Made by a program: the position numbers and the translations under genes
Source: a virus
Lineage: Duplodnaviria > Caudoviricetes
Reading direction: 5' to 3' (one strand)
IMG/VR virus record: IMGVR_UViG_3300017747_000841
Coordinates: 1-50,059 of that record
Length of the DNA stretch: 50,059 nucleotides
Shown here: piece by piece, positions 1 to 8,549 of the stretch
Position numbering within the stretch: the first letter of the stretch is position 1
How the letters are laid out: every line of letters begins with the position of its first letter
Notes under the pieces: generated by a model
The model's database searches: none
What the model was told of the DNA's origin: nothing
The model's input: the letters and a program-made list of their open reading frames with translations, nothing else

Positions 1-83
<83 letters not shown>

Positions 84-156
84 TCTTATATTTCAAGCAC
101 TTACAAATCTCCCTTTTTCCGCACCGCAGCATTTTTCCCCAACTTGGTGCAATTTC

Positions 157-199
157 TGTTCTAAGGGGGGGGTTTAGAACAAGCCATTTTTTAGAACAA
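157..199. repeat. TTAGAACA direct and inverted repeats in the non-coding end region
   Basis: TGTTCTAA 157-164 is inverted to TTAGAACA 174-181; second TTAGAACAA at 191-199. Confidence 0.6.
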
Positions 200-295
200 A
201 CTCTTTATCTAGACTTCTTCTAGCTCAAGATCACTAACTAAGAAACATACCCCTACCCCTGCCCTACCCCCATCTTTTTCACCTAAAGCGCCCCT

Positions 296-318
296 TATAT
301 GTCAAGTAATGGTATAAT
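296..318 (+). promoter_or_regulatory. Putative early promoter P1 (extended -10 TGnTATAAT with upstream TATATGTCAA box)
   Basis: TGGTATAAT at 310-318, upstream of the first gene; 20/23 identical to 2975-2997. Confidence 0.75.
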
Positions 319-382
319 AGAAATATGTAGAGCGTTTTGCCTACATGAACATCTCAACTTAACTGTCTTGAGGAGCAAGAAC

Positions 383-652
383 ATGAGATCGCACATCACC
401 AAGCGCATCAACAAGCCCGCCAACCCCGCCGCCCCCACGGTGCTCAAAACCAACACCTATCTGGTCGTCGAATTCGACCTAGTGGACGAGGCCAATTGGG
501 AAGATCGTGCACGAGAGGAAGGTTTGATTCTTTCCCTTGAAGAAGCTGGCCTTGAGGAATCGCAGGATGGCGATTCGTTCGACTGCGGCGGTGCATACGG
601 ACATGCCGATTGGTTCTACGACAACGACGACAGCGCATTCAGCCCCATTTAA
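383..652 (+). CDS. First early protein with a strongly acidic C-terminal two-thirds
   Basis: GAGGAG RBS before ATG 383 (track start 299 lies inside the promoter); 19 D/E versus 2 R in the last 60 aa. Confidence 0.75.
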   Translation: MRSHITKRINKPANPAAPTVLKTNTYLVVEFDLVDEANWEDRAREEGLILSLEEAGLEESQDGDSFDCGGAYGHADWFYDNDDSAFSPI

Positions 653-704
653 TCGCTGCCCATCAACCCCACCCATCCACTATCAAACCCATGACGGAGA
701 AATC

Positions 705-926
705 ATGATCGACTCATTTCCCAAAACACCTAACCCCGTACCCACACCCAAGACCGCTTACGTCCTGACGGAGTGCGGTCGCCCGCTCGCTGTATACACA
801 AATCCCGATCTTGCGGAACAAGACATGAATATCTGCAATGAAGCTCAAATCAGAGAGCATGGCGGGTACACCGACTCGCCCTATACCTACGAGATCATGG
901 TGTGCGGGTTCGTGGAGGTTCGGTAA
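705..926 (+). CDS. Hypothetical early protein
   Basis: GGAGA RBS before ATG 705; stop overlaps the next start (TAATG). Confidence 0.7.
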   Translation: MIDSFPKTPNPVPTPKTAYVLTECGRPLAVYTNPDLAEQDMNICNEAQIREHGGYTDSPYTYEIMVCGFVEVR

Positions 927-1171
927 TGACTAAGCCTATGACTCTTGAGATCGAAGACTGTAAGGACTGCGGCGAGGAGGTTGGCTCCTCGCTGTTTCCT
1001 GCCCGACGCGCTGCGCTGGGCTACTCGCTGTGCCTCATCTGTGGGGAACTGGCTTCTAAGGCAGAGCGGCGGTCGTGGTGTGTGGCTCCCATGCACAAGA
1101 GCAACTACATGCTTATGACAAACCGTGCCGACCTGCTCGGTATAAACAACAAAGGAGGGCTAGTGAAATGA
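926..1171 (+). CDS. C4 zinc-finger protein, DksA/TraR-like
   Basis: CKDCGEE...RRAALG...CLICG resembles the TraR/DksA zinc finger; GGAGG RBS. Confidence 0.6.
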   Translation: MTKPMTLEIEDCKDCGEEVGSSLFPARRAALGYSLCLICGELASKAERRSWCVAPMHKSNYMLMTNRADLLGINNKGGLVK

Positions 1172-1341
1172 AGCAACGATACGAGGTACACGCAAGGCTG
1201 GTGCAAGTGTTCGAGGTGGAGGCTGAATCCTTCGAGGAAGCGTTAGAGCTTGCCGAGAAAATGGGCACACCGTCGTATACGGTCAACGATGGGTTTGACT
1301 ACGTGCGCAACAACGACACCAACCAAGATTTAGTTCTTTAA
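1168..1341 (+). CDS. Small hypothetical protein with VEAESxEEA motif
   Basis: GGAGG RBS; ATGA overlap; motif common in small phage early proteins. Confidence 0.7.
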   Translation: MKQRYEVHARLVQVFEVEAESFEEALELAEKMGTPSYTVNDGFDYVRNNDTNQDLVL

Positions 1342-1619
1342 TGGAGAGTGAAATGACTATTAAGAAACCAACCAGAGAAGAGTGGATGAAGTGGTTGCTT
1401 GAGACCCCGGTGATCCCTGAGAACATCCCCGAGTACGGCACAGGCGATGCCATAAGACTCTTTGATCCCAAGACGGACAGGACCGAATTCAAGCCGCCGC
1501 TGTTGGCAAGGGTGACTATGGAGGACTACTGGGGAGAGCGTTGCCCCGACTTCGACTCTGACTGCCCTGCTTGCAGGGCATGGAAGCACTATGACGAAAC
1601 CAAAGAGGTGATGGAATGA
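1341..1619 (+). CDS. Hypothetical protein with C-terminal Cys cluster (start may be 1353)
   Basis: Coupled ORF; CPDFDSDCPAC. Confidence 0.7.
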   Translation: MESEMTIKKPTREEWMKWLLETPVIPENIPEYGTGDAIRLFDPKTDRTEFKPPLLARVTMEDYWGERCPDFDSDCPACRAWKHYDETKEVME

Positions 1620-1825
1620 TGTTTGTGCATCACTACACAGGGGAGTGGACACGCCCTAACTCTTGGTCAACGGCACGACGCTACCCGTCGGATGCCTATG
1701 TCCGTGAGTACCAAAGTCTTGAAGCTATAGACGACAAGTTCGTGCGCCAGACATTCGAGTGGATGCTGGCCGGTGGCGAGGTCGTGACCCAATGCGGGTC
1801 TAACGTGTTTCAGATTCGTAACTAA
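1616..1825 (+). CDS. Hypothetical protein
   Basis: ATGA overlap; GAGGTG upstream. Confidence 0.65.
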   Translation: MMFVHHYTGEWTRPNSWSTARRYPSDAYVREYQSLEAIDDKFVRQTFEWMLAGGEVVTQCGSNVFQIRN

Positions 1826-1838
1826 GTGAGGTGAAGAA

Positions 1839-2015
1839 ATGAACAAATACTCAGCGCACATCACGCTGCGTCAAGAAGAAAAAGAAATCGTGCTGTATTT
1901 CAGCAACCTGTCTAAGAAGGATGCAGAAGCTATCCATCGTGCAATGGACGATCACTACTCACACATCACGAGCAGCGCAGAGGTGCTCAACTACGGTTGG
2001 AAGGAACAAAAATGA
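1839..2015 (+). CDS. Hypothetical 58-aa protein (not in ORF track)
   Basis: GAGGTG RBS; MNKYSAHITL...GWKEQK; fills the gap and overlaps the next start (ATGA). Confidence 0.65.
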   Translation: MNKYSAHITLRQEEKEIVLYFSNLSKKDAEAIHRAMDDHYSHITSSAEVLNYGWKEQK

Positions 2016-2191
2016 ATCAGATGAAAGGTCTTGAGGTCTGGGTGTTGGTCGTCTATCACGATCACGAACCCTGTGAGGTGTACGGTAGCTTCATGAATGA
2101 GAAAGATGCTATCGCATGGGCTGAGCGTCAGTGCAAGGGAGCTGACGCTTGGGAGGCAAAGATGGTTCTTGACGTAGAGGACGAAGAATGA
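2012..2191 (+). CDS. Hypothetical acidic protein
   Basis: AAGGA RBS before ATG 2012; coupled on both sides. Confidence 0.65.
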   Translation: MNQMKGLEVWVLVVYHDHEPCEVYGSFMNEKDAIAWAERQCKGADAWEAKMVLDVEDEE

Positions 2192-2388
2192 AACGGCCTG
2201 ACAATATCCACGACGCGCTGCGTCACCTGCAAAACCTGACCTTGTGCATCGCCCGAGACACGGAGAACTACCTCGACAACCCCGGCGACTTCAGCCCGGA
2301 CTACTTCGAGGGCGTGAAAGACGCTGCGCTGGATGCCCATCTGCTTGTGACATGGGTCAGAGATAACCTCAAGGAGCTTCACAAATGA
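2188..2388 (+). CDS. Hypothetical protein
   Basis: GAGG RBS; ATGA overlap. Confidence 0.65.
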   Translation: MKRPDNIHDALRHLQNLTLCIARDTENYLDNPGDFSPDYFEGVKDAALDAHLLVTWVRDNLKELHK

Positions 2389-2486
2389 ACCCGCTAACAA
2401 CAGACATCGTGCTGCTCACGGGCTTGAATGTGATCGTGTGGTCGATTAACTTATGGATCGTCCTGTACAACTTGGGGGTGGTGTGA
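2385..2486 (+). CDS. 33-aa hydrophobic, probable single-pass membrane peptide (not in ORF track)
   Basis: AAGGAG RBS; MNPLTTDIVLLTGLNVIVWSINLWIVLYNLGVV; coupled on both sides. Confidence 0.55.
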   Translation: MNPLTTDIVLLTGLNVIVWSINLWIVLYNLGVV

Positions 2487-2677
2487 TGAAGGCTACGCTT
2501 CACAAGTCTTGCCATTGCCGTATGTGCAACATGGGCAGGACCGCCGATAAACGCAACGCTAATGAAAGGAAATTCAGACGCTCAGCAAAGCGTAGGATCT
2601 TAGACTTCCTGCGGCACAACGACTTCAGGAATCACGACGTATTTCTGTACCCCATCTCTAGCCCGTACACCGACTGA
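2486..2677 (+). CDS. Basic hypothetical protein with CHCRMC motif
   Basis: TGATG coupling; Arg/Lys rich. Confidence 0.6.
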   Translation: MKATLHKSCHCRMCNMGRTADKRNANERKFRRSAKRRILDFLRHNDFRNHDVFLYPISSPYTD

Positions 2678-2688
2678 AAGGAACCACT

Positions 2689-2925
2689 ATGAAATCCGAA
2701 ATCCGAGGCGAGGACACGCCCGATGCAATTAAGTTCTTGCACCACGAGATCATGATTTTGCTGTCCGACTACGAACCTCAGATTGTTCTGAGTGTTCTCT
2801 ACACGATCATCGCAAAGCTGACCGTGGTTCTGGAGATCAGCAAAGAGGACTACATGAAGGCACTAGGTTCAGCCTATGACGCTTTCGTGCTGCTCGCAGC
2901 AGATTCAGAAGGGGGCGTCCAGTAG
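2689..2925 (+). CDS. Hypothetical protein
   Basis: AAGGA RBS; full ORF. Confidence 0.7.
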   Translation: MKSEIRGEDTPDAIKFLHHEIMILLSDYEPQIVLSVLYTIIAKLTVVLEISKEDYMKALGSAYDAFVLLAADSEGGVQ

Positions 2926-2974
2926 GAAAAACCCTAACTAAAAAAGTCTCAAGAAAGTTTGATAAACCCATCTC

Positions 2975-2997
2975 TATATGTCAAATCATGGTATACT
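2975..2997 (+). promoter_or_regulatory. Putative promoter P2 (TATATGTCAA box plus TGGTATACT extended -10)
   Basis: Second copy of the P1 motif, in the AT-rich gap before the 3073 operon. Confidence 0.7.
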
Positions 2998-3072
2998 TAT
3001 AGAGTGGTAGAGCAAATTTTTCTAGTCGTTCAGTTCAACAACAGTCTTGACCCTGAAGAAAGGAACTCAGTC

Positions 3073-4020
3073 ATGGATATGTCGATCAACACCGCAGTCG
3101 AACTCAAGAAACCCGAGCACCTGATCTCGCTTGCCTCCTCTGGCTTTTGCGTGTCTATCTCCATGTCGTTGTGGGGTGCAACCAAGCAAAGCGCAGAGCT
3201 GTCCGCTGATGTCACCGAGCGTATCGGTGCGGATAAGAATGCAGCTAAGGTCACGCGCAACCTGCTCGCGGATCATCCCAAGCACAAAGCGCTGTCGAAC
3301 TACCGTCAGACGGTAAATAACTGGCTTAAGCGTCGGACGTATACCTTCAACGATGCGCTGCGCTATGTGGCTACCGTGGATGTATCTAGGTTCAAGCAGG
3401 AGTTCGCTGAACACGAAGCGATGTTCACTAAGCTGGCTGAGGAGTTCTATGACGCATACCCGTCGATTGTTAGTGATATGGCGTTCAAGCAAGGCACGGC
3501 GTTCAACCGTGCGGATTACCCGGACGTGGACTACATCAGGGCTAAGACCAAGATCAAGCTCTACACATACGACGTGCCGCAGAACGACTTTAGGAATCTT
3601 CTCGCACAAGAACTCGCTGATGATCTTCATAAGACATACAGCAACCAACTCAACGATATCGTAAACAACATAATGAGTGAGCAAGCAGAGCGATTCATCA
3701 CGGTGATGGAGAGCATCAGTCATTGTTGCGGGTACGACGAGGTTGAGACGACGACCAAGGATGGCGAGAAGGTCATCAAGACTAAGAAGCGCAAGATCTT
3801 CGACAGCACTATCGAGCGTGCACAGGAGTTCTGTAGGACGTTTGAGAAGTTCAATCTCACCAACAACAAGGAGCTTGAAGAAGCACGACGCCGACTATCT
3901 CAGACTCTTGCCAGTGTAGACGCAGAATCATTGCGTGATAGCGAGGCTGTACGGCACAGCGTCAAGAGCGACATCGACGACATTCTGTCTTTGTTCGCAC
4001 CCATCAACGTCAACATCTAA
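3073..4020 (+). CDS. DUF3150-like alpha-helical protein
   Basis: AAGGA RBS before ATG 3073; size, helical character and position next to AAA+/vWA genes match DUF3150-type proteins as recalled. Confidence 0.6.
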   Translation: MDMSINTAVELKKPEHLISLASSGFCVSISMSLWGATKQSAELSADVTERIGADKNAAKVTRNLLADHPKHKALSNYRQTVNNWLKRRTYTFNDALRYVATVDVSRFKQEFAEHEAMFTKLAEEFYDAYPSIVSDMAFKQGTAFNRADYPDVDYIRAKTKIKLYTYDVPQNDFRNLLAQELADDLHKTYSNQLNDIVNNIMSEQAERFITVMESISHCCGYDEVETTTKDGEKVIKTKKRKIFDSTIERAQEFCRTFEKFNLTNNKELEEARRRLSQTLASVDAESLRDSEAVRHSVKSDIDDILSLFAPINVNI

Positions 4021-4045
4021 ACCACTCACTAACTGGAGAAGCAAC

Positions 4046-5179
4046 ATGTCCAAGACAACGACCCTGAACTTCGAGAAAACCATGAGCATCTCGGAGCTGC
4101 GTACCTTCATCCCCGCTGTGGGCGCTGACCTGACCGTTATGGTCAAGAGCGAACCCGGTTGCGGTAAGACTTCCCTCCTCGGCATGATCGCTGAGGACAT
4201 GGGTGATAAGTGGCGTAACGCACGGGACACGACGCACTACCCGGACGACAAGTACGACTACATCTATGTGGACTGCCCTGTGAAAGATATGCAGGACATC
4301 GGCATGACGATCCCGAACCACACGACTCAGAGCCTTGAGTATTACGTGTCGTCTCTGTTGAAACTCACCGGACCAAGCGCAAACCGACCCAAGTTCATCC
4401 TGCTCGACGAGGTGATGAAAGCTCCCAAGCTCTTGCAGATTATCTTTACCCGACTGATGCTCGAACACATGGCGGGTGACAAGCCGCTGCCTGATGGGTC
4501 AATCATCATGGCGACGAGCAACAACGAGAGCGACGGTGTGGGTGACAACATGCTCGCCCATCTGGGTAATCGCGTGTGTATTGTGAGAATGCAGAAACCA
4601 ACTGCGATGGAGTGGCTTACTAATTACGCAAACCCCAACGGCATCTCGCGTACCGTCCGTGCGTTCGTCGCTATGTATCCCAAGTGCATGGCATCGTATC
4701 TCGACAAGGATCAGGAAGATAACCCGTACATCTTCAAGCCCAATGGTCCCAAGTCTTTCTGCTCTCCGCGCTCGCTCGCTAAGTGCGACGTGATTGTGAA
4801 GAAGCGAGATGTGTTGACGGACAACGCGCTACACGCTGGTCTCGCTGGTACTATCGGCGCGGCTGCGGCAGGGGACATGGCTGCGTTCTTGGCTGTTGAG
4901 CGGTCTGTCGTGCCGACTGACAAGATCGTGAAAGACCCTGACGGTACGCCCGTACCGAAGGAGATCGCAGCTCAGCTCATGGTTCTCTTTCAGGCTGTGG
5001 ATGTATTGGACACGCACGATGACCTCAACAAGTTTATGATCTTCGTCAACAAGATCCCTAGCCAAGAGATTCAGTCTATCTTCTTCACTATGTGTATGCG
5101 TAGCCCCCGGATGGTGAAGCTTGCTGCTCGCAACGAGCAGATCAAGAAATGGGCGCTCGACAATCACGTCATGTTCTAA
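4046..5179 (+). CDS. MoxR-like AAA+ ATPase
   Basis: Walker A EPGCGKT, Walker B ILLDE, ATSN sensor, NR arginine finger, SPRS; GGAG RBS before ATG 4046. Confidence 0.9.
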   Translation: MSKTTTLNFEKTMSISELRTFIPAVGADLTVMVKSEPGCGKTSLLGMIAEDMGDKWRNARDTTHYPDDKYDYIYVDCPVKDMQDIGMTIPNHTTQSLEYYVSSLLKLTGPSANRPKFILLDEVMKAPKLLQIIFTRLMLEHMAGDKPLPDGSIIMATSNNESDGVGDNMLAHLGNRVCIVRMQKPTAMEWLTNYANPNGISRTVRAFVAMYPKCMASYLDKDQEDNPYIFKPNGPKSFCSPRSLAKCDVIVKKRDVLTDNALHAGLAGTIGAAAAGDMAAFLAVERSVVPTDKIVKDPDGTPVPKEIAAQLMVLFQAVDVLDTHDDLNKFMIFVNKIPSQEIQSIFFTMCMRSPRMVKLAARNEQIKKWALDNHVMF

Positions 5180-5212
5180 GCAACTCTCTAACCAACTGCA
5201 AGGAGAAGCAAC

Positions 5213-6526
5213 ATGTCTAACGACATGAGCAAGGAAGCTATTGCCCTGAAGAAAGCGCACCTCGCGCTGATGCGTCACCCCAAGACCGCGCTGTACTCTG
5301 GTGTGATCTTGATGGGTAAGAGCGAAGTGGTCAACGCGCCGTTCACAGCGTATACGGATGGCGTCAATAAGAAATACTCAGCTTCCTTCCTGAAGGATCT
5401 CACCGATCCTGAGCGGCGGGCGCTGGTCCTGCACGAGAACCTGCACGTCGCGCTGAAGCACCTCACGCATGGTAAATCAATGTTCTTGGAGGACAAGAAG
5501 CTTGCCAACGTAGCGGCTGACTTCGTGGTGAACGACATCATCATGAACATCACCGATACAGTCTCTAGTAGTTCGAGGGAGCCGCTGCTCACGCTGCCCA
5601 AGGGTGGCGTGTATGACGCGAAGTTTAGTAACTGGTCTATGCGTCAGGTCTACGATTACTTGCGTAAGAAGCAGAAGGAACGTGAGAAGCAGAAGCCGCA
5701 GGAGGGCAAGCCTTGCGATGACGGTGAGTCAGGGTCAGGTGGCGACCAAGAGCAGGAGCAGGGAGGGAAGCCCTCTGATAAATATCTCGATGGTGATACC
5801 GACTTCAGGGGTAGCGCAGGGGAGGGTGACGAGCACGACTTTGAGAAGTTGGTCGAGGGTCTATCCCAAGAAGAAGCTAAGGAACTCAGCGAGTCTATTG
5901 ACAGAGCGCTGCGCGAAGGTGGCATCCTTGCAGGTAGGCTAGGCGCAAACGTACCTCGGCAGATCCAAGACCTGCTCACTCCCAAGATCAACTGGCGTGA
6001 CGAGCTGCGTGACTTCGTGACATCAAGTATCAAAGGCAAGGACGAGTACACGTGGCGCAAGTTGAACCGTCGCAGTCTCGCTAATGACTTCATCACTCCA
6101 TCCGTGGAGAACGAGACAATCGGTCGGATCATCGTGGCTATCGACACCTCGGGTTCTATTGGATCAGATCAGATCACGGAGTTCGCTACCGAGCTGTCGT
6201 CCATCTGCGAGACCTGCGAGCCCGATGAAGTGGTGGTGCTGTGGTGGGATACCCAAGTGCATGGCAAGCAGGTGATCGACGCAGGTAAGTATGGCGCTCT
6301 GCGAGAGATCTTGAAGCCGATGGGTGGCGGCGGTACTCGGGTCGGGTGTGTCAGCGAATACATCAATGAGCAACAGCTCAGCGCAGACTGCGTAATGGTT
6401 TTCACCGATGGTTATGTCGAGGGCGATCCGGTATGGTCGATCAGTAGTCCGACGCTGTGGTTGGTCACTCAATCAAATTACTTCGAGCCGCCGGTCGGTA
6501 AGAAAGTTAAATTCAGTCAAGAGTAA
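5213..6526 (+). CDS. Zincin metallopeptidase-vWA protein (DUF2201-type)
   Basis: AYTDG and HENLH (HExxH) in the N-terminus, acidic linker, vWA MIDAS DTSGS...GGGT...FTDG. Confidence 0.9.
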   Translation: MSNDMSKEAIALKKAHLALMRHPKTALYSGVILMGKSEVVNAPFTAYTDGVNKKYSASFLKDLTDPERRALVLHENLHVALKHLTHGKSMFLEDKKLANVAADFVVNDIIMNITDTVSSSSREPLLTLPKGGVYDAKFSNWSMRQVYDYLRKKQKEREKQKPQEGKPCDDGESGSGGDQEQEQGGKPSDKYLDGDTDFRGSAGEGDEHDFEKLVEGLSQEEAKELSESIDRALREGGILAGRLGANVPRQIQDLLTPKINWRDELRDFVTSSIKGKDEYTWRKLNRRSLANDFITPSVENETIGRIIVAIDTSGSIGSDQITEFATELSSICETCEPDEVVVLWWDTQVHGKQVIDAGKYGALREILKPMGGGGTRVGCVSEYINEQQLSADCVMVFTDGYVEGDPVWSISSPTLWLVTQSNYFEPPVGKKVKFSQE

Positions 6527-6544
6527 GTCGTGAGGAGCAGATCA

Positions 6545-7612
6545 ATGTACTGGATCAGGAGAGCAAACGTGGAATCGAATGAACCATTCGTCTTGTCGTA
6601 CGAGAACATGGTGTATTTCTCGCGTGTTAGGCGTCCCATCGCTAACACCTTCAACCGCTACTACCTCATCCCCAACGGTGCGGGAGGCTATCTGCGAGAT
6701 AGATTTTTCACAAGGGAGGAGGACGGAAGCTTCAAGATCTTCGTGGGTTATAGATGGGATGAAGAGCAGATCCCTGAAGATATGTACATCAAGATGCTGC
6801 GAAAAGGTAAGGTGACTGTCGGTACGCGAAATATCGTAGAAGTAGACAAGACGCGAAACAACATTCACTTCATTTCACGCAAGCGGTTGTATCACGCAGC
6901 GACCGTGCGACCTGACAATTCAATCGAGTTTCTGAGGGGGCAGCACGAGTGGCACAACTTCACATGCAACAGCTTCAACCATGTGCTTCGTGGTGGGTCA
7001 TTCGCGCATAGGAAACGTCGGGGTGGGTTTGTATGGCACACGAGGAACTACTCTGTCCCGGTGTTCGATGGACTCAAGCTTGATCTAGATACGCTTCTTC
7101 CCACAGAAGAATGCAAGTCAAAGTACGAGGTGGTCGCTCGTGAGTTATCCAGAAAGAAGTTGAACGAGATGATGCCCAAGTACAAGACCATGTTGAACTT
7201 CGGCGCATCCATGTTCAGCAGCATGACCGATGAGTCTTTCTATGCGCTAATCAAAGACGTACTAACTGACTGCGGAGTTGACTTCGCTGCTCACGACAGG
7301 AGCTACTCATGGTACAAAGAAACCACTATGAACGAGATCGACGCTCTTGTAGATCAAGGGTTAGATATGGAAGCCTTTGCGATGTATTTATATCGCTCGA
7401 CCTACGAAGTGCGACGGGTCATTCAGAACCAGCACATATACAAGAGCTTTGATGTACCAAGTCTCACGAGCATGGCAATCAGCCGATTCAAGAGAGATAT
7501 CAAGAGTCACAGGTTCACCGATATAACCAATGCTACCGCCTACGAGTTAGGTGAGCGGCATCCCGATTCAATGTTAGTTGGAATTCAACCCAAGGAGAAG
7601 CAGCATGTCTAA
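6545..7612 (+). CDS. Hypothetical protein
   Basis: Long ORF; GAGGAG RBS before ATG 6545. Confidence 0.8.
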   Translation: MYWIRRANVESNEPFVLSYENMVYFSRVRRPIANTFNRYYLIPNGAGGYLRDRFFTREEDGSFKIFVGYRWDEEQIPEDMYIKMLRKGKVTVGTRNIVEVDKTRNNIHFISRKRLYHAATVRPDNSIEFLRGQHEWHNFTCNSFNHVLRGGSFAHRKRRGGFVWHTRNYSVPVFDGLKLDLDTLLPTEECKSKYEVVARELSRKKLNEMMPKYKTMLNFGASMFSSMTDESFYALIKDVLTDCGVDFAAHDRSYSWYKETTMNEIDALVDQGLDMEAFAMYLYRSTYEVRRVIQNQHIYKSFDVPSLTSMAISRFKRDIKSHRFTDITNATAYELGERHPDSMLVGIQPKEKQHV

Positions 7613-8549
7613 TTACTTACTCGGTCGTCGCCTCACCGAAGAGGCAGAGCGTAGCCTCTTGAGTAACCCCGCCATGCCATTGATGCGTGAGCTTAACTTC
7701 AAGTTCGGCCTGAAGATATGGCGGCTTTCATCTAGTCGAAATATCATCCACATGGCGCACCCCAGCGGCATGGCTGTGTGCAATATATGGCATGACGGAG
7801 AGAAGTTCCACTACTACTCGCCGTTCTTTAAGAAGTCTAGAGGCTCTGACCAGACGGACAAGTCAACGCTCTCAGGCAAGACCGTGGGGTTGGTAACTGG
7901 CCTCATTAAGAAATACAACGCTCTTGCTACTGAAGAACTATTGACAGCACATCACATGAATGCGCTGGCTTCGAGCAGACGCATGGTGGACAACTCTGTC
8001 AAGTATCAAGGCAAGCAGGTCAGGGACAAGGACTATGACGTGGTTCATGCGCTGCTCGAACGAGCAGTAGGGGAAAACCCCAATGGACCGCGCTACGATC
8101 TTGATGTACAAGAATGCAAGCGACTGTTGGAAGAGTTCGATGCTACTGACGTAGCCCGTAAGCTACAGAAAGAACGCACGGATGAGATCTACAAGTCTCC
8201 TCTGTGGGCTATCGGTGTCTATCACGGTTCTAGTAGAGCGATTGTCGGGAAGATCTTGCCTAAACCAACCGAAGTTAATTTCAATCACTTCGAGGTGCTT
8301 CAGCCCTTTCAATTAGTCTTTAATCTAGATGAGCTGATGGAGAAGTTCCCTGAGCTTACGCCTACCATCTTGATGACCAAGGTCAAGAGCGAGCAAGAGA
8401 ACAGAGGAAGTGAACGTATGTGTGGCTTCTTTAATTTCGGAGACCACTACGACGAGACCATCCCGTATGTGACCTACTACTTCCGAATGGACGACTTCAA
8501 TTGCTGTTGGTACTTCACCCCTGCTGCTAAGGAACCCACGAATGAGTAA
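7605..8549 (+). CDS. Hypothetical protein
   Basis: AAGGAG RBS before ATG 7605; long ORF. Confidence 0.8.
   Translation: MSNYLLGRRLTEEAERSLLSNPAMPLMRELNFKFGLKIWRLSSSRNIIHMAHPSGMAVCNIWHDGEKFHYYSPFFKKSRGSDQTDKSTLSGKTVGLVTGLIKKYNALATEELLTAHHMNALASSRRMVDNSVKYQGKQVRDKDYDVVHALLERAVGENPNGPRYDLDVQECKRLLEEFDATDVARKLQKERTDEIYKSPLWAIGVYHGSSRAIVGKILPKPTEVNFNHFEVLQPFQLVFNLDELMEKFPELTPTILMTKVKSEQENRGSERMCGFFNFGDHYDETIPYVTYYFRMDDFNCCWYFTPAAKEPTNE

Noticed and set aside
299-7604. ORF-track starts at 299, 537, 902, 1075, 2959, 3935 and 7578
   Set aside because: They overlap promoters or upstream genes; downstream ATGs with clear RBSs were used instead.
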